Positions 59,240 to 64,000 of a DNA stretch of 64,000 bases are shown one piece after another. Origin of the DNA: an uncultured Chloroflexia bacterium (GTDB taxonomy: Bacteria; Chloroflexota; Limnocylindria; QHBO01); contig CAWGTN010000002.1 of NCBI GenBank assembly GCA_963825525.1, forward strand, positions 192,001-256,000. The letters are read 5' to 3'. Position numbers and translations under genes: made by a program. Position 1 is the first letter of the stretch. Every line of letters begins with the position of its first letter. The notes under the pieces were generated by a model. The model worked only from the letters and a program-made list of their open reading frames with translations. It ran no database searches and was not told the DNA's origin.

Positions 59240-59729
59240 TCGGCGGCTCGCCGTCGCCCGGATTCTCGGCGCCAAGGGACTTGCGGGCGCGGTGCGCGTC
59301 GAGGTCCTCACGGACTGGCCAGAACGACTCGCCGCCGGAGTTGACGTGTGGCCGGAGGGCGACGCCTCCGCGCTGCGGATCTCGCGCGTCGAGGCGGGTG
59401 GCCGTGGAACCGTGCTCCACTTCGACGGGATCGATACGCGGAGTGCGGCCGAAGCGCTCGCCGGTCGCTACCTGGAAGCGGAGCCGCACGAGCTTCCCGA
59501 TGGTGCCTACTACTGGAGTGATCTCGTTGGCCTCAGGGTGGAGGAGCCGGATGGCACTCAGGTCGGCCGGCTGGCCGAGATCTTCCGATCCGGCGGCAAC
59601 GAGGTCTACAGGATCGAGGGAGCCGACGGCGAGCGCCTGATTCCCGCGCTGCGCTCAGTGGTCCTGCGCATCGACCTTGCCGCCGGCCTGATGGTCGTTG
59701 CGCCGGACGACGCCGAGGAGATCGGCTGA
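59229..59729 (+). CDS. rimM: Ribosome maturation factor RimM (start inferred)
   Basis: VARILGAKGLAGAVRV, YYWSDLVGL, NEVY, LIP. Confidence 0.92.
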   Translation, partial: TPTDRRLAVARILGAKGLAGAVRVEVLTDWPERLAAGVDVWPEGDASALRISRVEAGGRGTVLHFDGIDTRSAAEALAGRYLEAEPHELPDGAYYWSDLVGLRVEEPDGTQVGRLAEIFRSGGNEVYRIEGADGERLIPALRSVVLRIDLAAGLMVVAPDDAEEIG

Positions 59730-59732
59730 ACC

Positions 59733-60467
59733 ATGCGGATCGATGTCATCACGATCTTCCCCGAGCTGGTTGCCGGGCCGCTCGGAACCTCGATCATCGG
59801 CCGCGCCGCCGAGGCGGGGCTGGTGGAGTTCCTGGTCCATGACCTGCGCGAGCACGGCATCGGTCGCCATCGGTCGGTCGACGATTACCCGTACGGCGGC
59901 GGAGCGGGCATGGTGATGCGACCGGAGCCGCTGTTTGCCGCGATCGAGCCACTGCGCGAGGCCGGCGCCGTGATCGTGCTCATGGACCCGGCGGGGGAGC
60001 GGCTCGACGACCGGCTGTCTCGCGAGCTTGCGACGATGCCGCACCTGGCCCTGGTGTGCGGGCGCTACGAAGGGTTCGACGAACGCGTGCGGGACCTCGT
60101 GGACCGCGAGGTCAGCATTGGTGATTACGTGGTGACCGGCGGCGAGCTGCCCGCGCTGGTCGTCATCGACGCCGTCGTGCGGCTGGTGCCGGGTGTGATC
60201 CAGGAGGCGTCGCACCGGGGAGACTCGTTCGCGTCCGGCCTGCTCGAGTACCCGCAGTACACGCGTCCCGAAACGTTTCGGGATCGACCGGTTCCGCCGG
60301 TCCTGCTGTCCGGGCACCACGGCGAGGTTGACCGATGGCGTCGACAGGAGGCGCTGCGACGGACATTCGAGCGGCGCCCGGATCTGCTCGCTTCCCTGGA
60401 CCTCGATGCGGTCGATCGCCAATTCCTCGAAACCCTGGCGGCGGACACCGAGGCGCCGAGGAGCTGA
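59733..60467 (+). CDS. trmD: tRNA (m1G37) methyltransferase
   Basis: [41 protein letters not shown]. Confidence 0.98.
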   Translation: MRIDVITIFPELVAGPLGTSIIGRAAEAGLVEFLVHDLREHGIGRHRSVDDYPYGGGAGMVMRPEPLFAAIEPLREAGAVIVLMDPAGERLDDRLSRELATMPHLALVCGRYEGFDERVRDLVDREVSIGDYVVTGGELPALVVIDAVVRLVPGVIQEASHRGDSFASGLLEYPQYTRPETFRDRPVPPVLLSGHHGEVDRWRRQEALRRTFERRPDLLASLDLDAVDRQFLETLAADTEAPRS

Positions 60468-60592
60468 TCGTGTTGCCCGCGTCGGAGGGCCGCTGCTATA
60501 CTCGCTGCCATCGCGGCCGCGTACGGCGGTCGCGTTCGTGTGTCACGCCAGTAATCGGCGGGTAAGCCCGCGAGCATGAGGTCTCCCACAGA

Positions 60593-60940
60593 ATGAACGC
60601 CATCAAGGAGCTCGAGCGCGAGCAGCTCCGCACCGACGTACCGGAGATCGCCCCGGGCGATACGGTCCGTGTCGCGGTGAAGGTGGTCGAGGGTACGCGA
60701 GAGCGAATCCAGGTCTTCGAGGGCACGGTCATGCGCATGCGTGGCGGCGGCCTCAATCGAGCCATCACCGTGCGCCGCATCGCCAGCGGCGTCGGCGTCG
60801 AGCGTACCTTCATGGTGCACGCGCCGCGCATCGATCGGATCGAGGTGGTACGTCATGGTGTCGCGCGCCGCGCCCAGCTCTACTTCCTCCGCGATCGGGT
60901 CGGCAAGTCCGCCACGCTCCGCGAGCGCCGCACCAACTGA
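60593..60940 (+). CDS. rplS: 50S ribosomal protein L19
   Basis: [28 protein letters not shown]. Confidence 0.97.
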   Translation: MNAIKELEREQLRTDVPEIAPGDTVRVAVKVVEGTRERIQVFEGTVMRMRGGGLNRAITVRRIASGVGVERTFMVHAPRIDRIEVVRHGVARRAQLYFLRDRVGKSATLRERRTN

Positions 60941-60944
60941 CCCC

Positions 60945-61676
60945 GTGACCCGTCTCCCATCGAGACCGGTCACTGCCCGCCGACGCCCGCGCCGATCGCG
61001 CATTCGCGACGCACACATGCGCAACGAGCGTGAGCTGCGCCTGGCAGGCTTCGAGCGAATCGCCGGCATCGACGAGGTCGGTCGCGGGTGCCTTGCCGGA
61101 CCGGTGGTGGCCGCCGCCGTCGTCCTCCCCGAGAGGCACCGAATCAAGGGCATTCGCGATTCGAAGGTCCTTCCTCGAGCGAGACGTGAGGCGCTGTATG
61201 AAGAGATCCTCGATCGGGCGATCGGGGTCGGCGTCGGGTGCGTCGAGGTCGAGGTCATCGACCGCATCAACATCCTGCAGGCCACGAAGCTCGCCATGCG
61301 CCAGGCGCTCGATCGGCTTGCCGAACCGCCGGACCATCTCCTGATCGACGCACTGAGCCTTCGCGAGATTGACCTCCCGCAGCGACCCATCATCGATGGC
61401 GATGCGATCAGCGCCTCGATCGCAGCCGCGAGCATCGTGGCCAAGGTGACACGCGACCGCATCTGTGACGAGATCGACCGGCGCTATCCCGCGTACGGGT
61501 TCGCGCGACACAAGGGCTACGGCACTCGGCGTCACGTCGACGCGTTGGTCAGCGAGGGACCCTGCGAGTGGCACCGCCGATCGTTTGCGCCCATCCGGCT
61601 GCTGCTGGCGGGCACGCAGCTCCCGCTCGAGCTCGAATGGGAGATCGTGGACGAGGAGCTGCTCGGCCTGGATTGA
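60945..61676 (+). CDS. rnhB: Ribonuclease HII
   Basis: GIDEVGRG, DSK, AAASIVAKVTRD, HKGYGT, HRRSF. Confidence 0.96.
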   Translation: MTRLPSRPVTARRRPRRSRIRDAHMRNERELRLAGFERIAGIDEVGRGCLAGPVVAAAVVLPERHRIKGIRDSKVLPRARREALYEEILDRAIGVGVGCVEVEVIDRINILQATKLAMRQALDRLAEPPDHLLIDALSLREIDLPQRPIIDGDAISASIAAASIVAKVTRDRICDEIDRRYPAYGFARHKGYGTRRHVDALVSEGPCEWHRRSFAPIRLLLAGTQLPLELEWEIVDEELLGLD

Positions 61677-61718
61677 CGGAGAGCCCGATCATCGCTCGCC
61701 TCCCTGGAGAGCAGGAAC

Positions 61719-62087
61719 ATGTCGGATCGGCGGCACGATCTGGGCCTTGCTGCGGAGGCGGCGGTCCGACGATGGCTGGAGCAGTCCGGCTGGCGGGTCC
61801 TCGCTCAGCGTCGACGATCGGATGCGGGCGGTGAGGTGGATCTCATCGCGACGGACCCGCAGGGAACTCTCGTCGCGCTCGAGGTTCGCGCCCGCCACAG
61901 CGAACGTGCCGGGGCAGGGTGGGAGACCATCGACCGCAGGCGCACTTCACGCCTGGGTCGCACGCTGGCGGCGTTCGCCGCCGAGCGGTTCGCCCATCAC
62001 CGCGCGCTCCGGATCGATCTCGTCCTCGTGACCCGAGATAAAGGCGGCGAATGGTCGGCCCGCCGCATCCCGAATATCGGGGGCTGA
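61719..62087 (+). CDS. YraN family putative endonuclease
   Basis: G..AE, GEVDLIA, LEVR, RIDLV; follows rnhB. Confidence 0.88.
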   Translation: MSDRRHDLGLAAEAAVRRWLEQSGWRVLAQRRRSDAGGEVDLIATDPQGTLVALEVRARHSERAGAGWETIDRRRTSRLGRTLAAFAAERFAHHRALRIDLVLVTRDKGGEWSARRIPNIGG

Positions 62088-62088
62088 C

Positions 62089-63195
62089 TCAGCGGCCGAA
62101 GATGCGCTCCAACTGAAGAATCGACGCGATGTACGGTCGGCTGATCGGGTAGACCCCGTGCCGGTCCGTCGCGCCCTGGCCCTGGTAGTAGGCGGCAAGC
62201 ACCAGCGACCGATCGCCGTCATAGCGATGCAGGTAGTGGGCAAGCAACCGAACGCCGGCACGCACGTTGTCGCGCACGTCGTTGATCTTCACCCGTTGAC
62301 CGAGCATCGCGGCACCGACCCACTCCGCGGTGCCGGGCATGAGCTGCATGACCCCGACGGCGCCGGCATGGCTCACGACGCCCTGCTGCCAACCTGACTC
62401 CTGCCACGCGACTGCAAGGGCGAATGCGGGACTCACCGCGTAGCGCTGCGCCTCCTCGACAATGATTCGACGCACGCCGTCGCGCCGGGCCACGAGGGCG
62501 GCCATCGATGCGGGCATGCTCGCCGATGCCGCGGCCGGAGCCGCCGGAACGGCCGGGGTGGCACCCGGGATGGTCAGCCGCTGGCCGGCGTAGATCCGGC
62601 TCGGGTTGCTGATGCCGTTTGCCTGGCTGATGGCGGCGATGGTGACGCTGTAGCGCCGCGCGATGCCGGTGAGATGCTCGCCCGATGCCACGACGTGGAC
62701 GCGGGCTGCGGCGGGCTTGGCCGGTGCGGCGGCCGCCGGCGCGGCCGGAACGGCCGGGGTGGCACCCGGGATGGTCAGCCGCTGGCCGGCGTAGATCCGG
62801 CTCGGGTTGCTGATGCCGTTTGCCTGGCTGATGGCGGCGATGGTGACGCTGTAGCGCCGCGCGATGCCGGTGAGATGCTCGCCCGATGCCACGACGTGGA
62901 CGCGGGCTGCGGCGGGCTTGGCCGGTGCGGCGGCCGCCGGCGCGGCCGGAGCGGCTGGAGCCAACGCCGTGCGCAGGCGCTGTCCGGGCATGATTCGGTT
63001 CGGATCGGCGAGGTGGTTGAGCTCAACCAGCGTGGCGACCGCGACCTTGGTTCGCTTCGAGATGGCGGTGAGCGTGTCACCGGGTCGGACAACGACCACC
63101 GGGTCTGCCGCCAGCGCGACGCCGACCGGCGTCGGACCGACAAGAAGGGAGACGGCGAGCGTGGAAAGTAGTGCAATCAGCCTGGGCCGGGGCAA
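62089..63195 (-). CDS. Secreted 3x LysM + lytic transglycosylase (SLT) protein
   Basis: Signal peptide; VRPGDTL..I / VASGEHL..IA LysM domains; WQES, GAVGVMQLMP, AAYY; TTG start after GGAGG. Confidence 0.92.
   Translation of the reverse strand: MPRPRLIALLSTLAVSLLVGPTPVGVALAADPVVVVRPGDTLTAISKRTKVAVATLVELNHLADPNRIMPGQRLRTALAPAAPAAPAAAAPAKPAAARVHVVASGEHLTGIARRYSVTIAAISQANGISNPSRIYAGQRLTIPGATPAVPAAPAAAAPAKPAAARVHVVASGEHLTGIARRYSVTIAAISQANGISNPSRIYAGQRLTIPGATPAVPAAPAAASASMPASMAALVARRDGVRRIIVEEAQRYAVSPAFALAVAWQESGWQQGVVSHAGAVGVMQLMPGTAEWVGAAMLGQRVKINDVRDNVRAGVRLLAHYLHRYDGDRSLVLAAYYQGQGATDRHGVYPISRPYIASILQLERIFGR
62543..62950. repeat. Perfect 201-bp tandem duplication (LysM + linker)
   Basis: 62543-62749 reads identical to 62744-62950. 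Confidence 0.92.
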
Positions 63196-63436
63196 TGTGT
63201 CGATCCTCCACCTGCGGTTCAAAGGACGTGCCGTCGATATCGGCGCAGCACGTCACACGATGCGGGCGGATGCTAGGAGCGATTGCTGGAGGGTCAAGGT
63301 ACCTGCGGATGGCGGGGGAGTACTTCGGTACCGTCGAGTGGGGTCCGGAGTGGAGGCTCGGCTGGATCCCCGGATCGGCGTTGACCCGGTGCTCTGATAT
63401 ACTCGTCGCCTCGCGCAGTCGCGCGGGAACCCCATC

Positions 63437-63530
63437 TCACACGCTCGACGGATCCCGCATGGTCCTCGGTGCCCGGGTGCAGCCCCGCTGCAGACGGGTG
63501 GATCGCCGGAGTCGATGTCGAGCGGAGGAA
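63437..63530 (+). promoter_or_regulatory. Probable rpsB (S2) autoregulatory leader
   Basis: CACAC followed by closing stem cgctcgac/gtcgagcg; extended -10 TGaTATACT near 63395. Confidence 0.6.
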
Positions 63531-63547
63531 CAACCGGAGGTATCACT

Positions 63548-64000
63548 TTGGCTGCCACCAGCATGAAGCAGCTGCTCGAGGCGGGAGTCCACTTCGGGCA
63601 TCAGACCCGCCGCTGGAATCCGAAGATGCGCGATTACATCTTCGGCGAGCGGAACGGCATTCACATCATCGATCTCGCCCAGACGGTATCTCGCCTGGAG
63701 CTCGCCCTCGAGTTCATCCGCGAGACGGTGCGCCGCGGCGACAGCGTGCTCTTCGTCGGGACGAAGAAGCAGGCCCAGGACGCGCTCTCCGACGCGGCGA
63801 CACGTTCGGGTCAGCACTTCGTCAACACGCGCTGGCTCGGCGGGATGCTCACGAACTTCACCACCATCAAGCGTCGGATCCAGCGCCTCGAGGCATTGGA
63901 GGCGAGGCGCGATGCCGGCGAGTTCGAGCGCCTCACGAAGAAGGAGGCCTCCAAGCTCACCGAGGAGATCAACAAGCTCAATGCGGTGCTCGGCGGCATC
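63548..64000 (+). CDS. rpsB: 30S ribosomal protein S2, 3'-truncated by window
   Basis: [40 protein letters not shown]. Confidence 0.98.
   Translation, partial: MAATSMKQLLEAGVHFGHQTRRWNPKMRDYIFGERNGIHIIDLAQTVSRLELALEFIRETVRRGDSVLFVGTKKQAQDALSDAATRSGQHFVNTRWLGGMLTNFTTIKRRIQRLEALEARRDAGEFERLTKKEASKLTEEINKLNAVLGGI

Noticed and set aside
63196-63300. c-di-AMP riboswitch ahead of the LysM transglycosylase
   Set aside because: Only a short hairpin follows a TTGACC/TAGCAT promoter; ydaO consensus segments are absent

Overview
High-GC bacterial chromosome segment made almost entirely of housekeeping genes on the + strand. Gene order and protein style suggest a monoderm of the Chloroflexota, possibly Limnocylindria-like (inference). 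Order: LCP-NUDIX-uvrC-secD-secF-recJ-pyrF-tatA-tatC-HDAC-rapZ-yvcK-whiA-tpiA-gpmI-secG; 8 tRNAs interleaved with lemA-htpX and a CWB2/C5-epimerase-like surface protein; a CpaE-like ATPase; rpsF-ssb-rpsR; a yybP-ykoY riboswitch with a CaCA transporter; ilvE; a GT2; ileS-lspA-rluD-gmk-priA-def-fmt-rlmN-rpe-dtd-rpmB-recG-rsmD-coaD-yceD-rpmF-plsX-nusB-acpP-rnc-smc-ftsY-ffh-rpsP-khpA-rimM-trmD-rplS-rnhB-yraN; a LysM lytic transglycosylase; and the start of rpsB. Over a dozen small indels, several in essential genes, look like long-read errors rather than pseudogenes. I saw no transposase, integrase or CRISPR array, and no complete novel multi-gene system is proven. The best leads are the cell-wall-anchored C5-epimerase-like protein, a T-box-like remnant and GVHH motif at ileS, a repeat/structured-RNA patch between tRNAs, ACG/CTG start codons and a leaderless uORF before recG. 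All calls come from reading motifs by eye; no searches were run.
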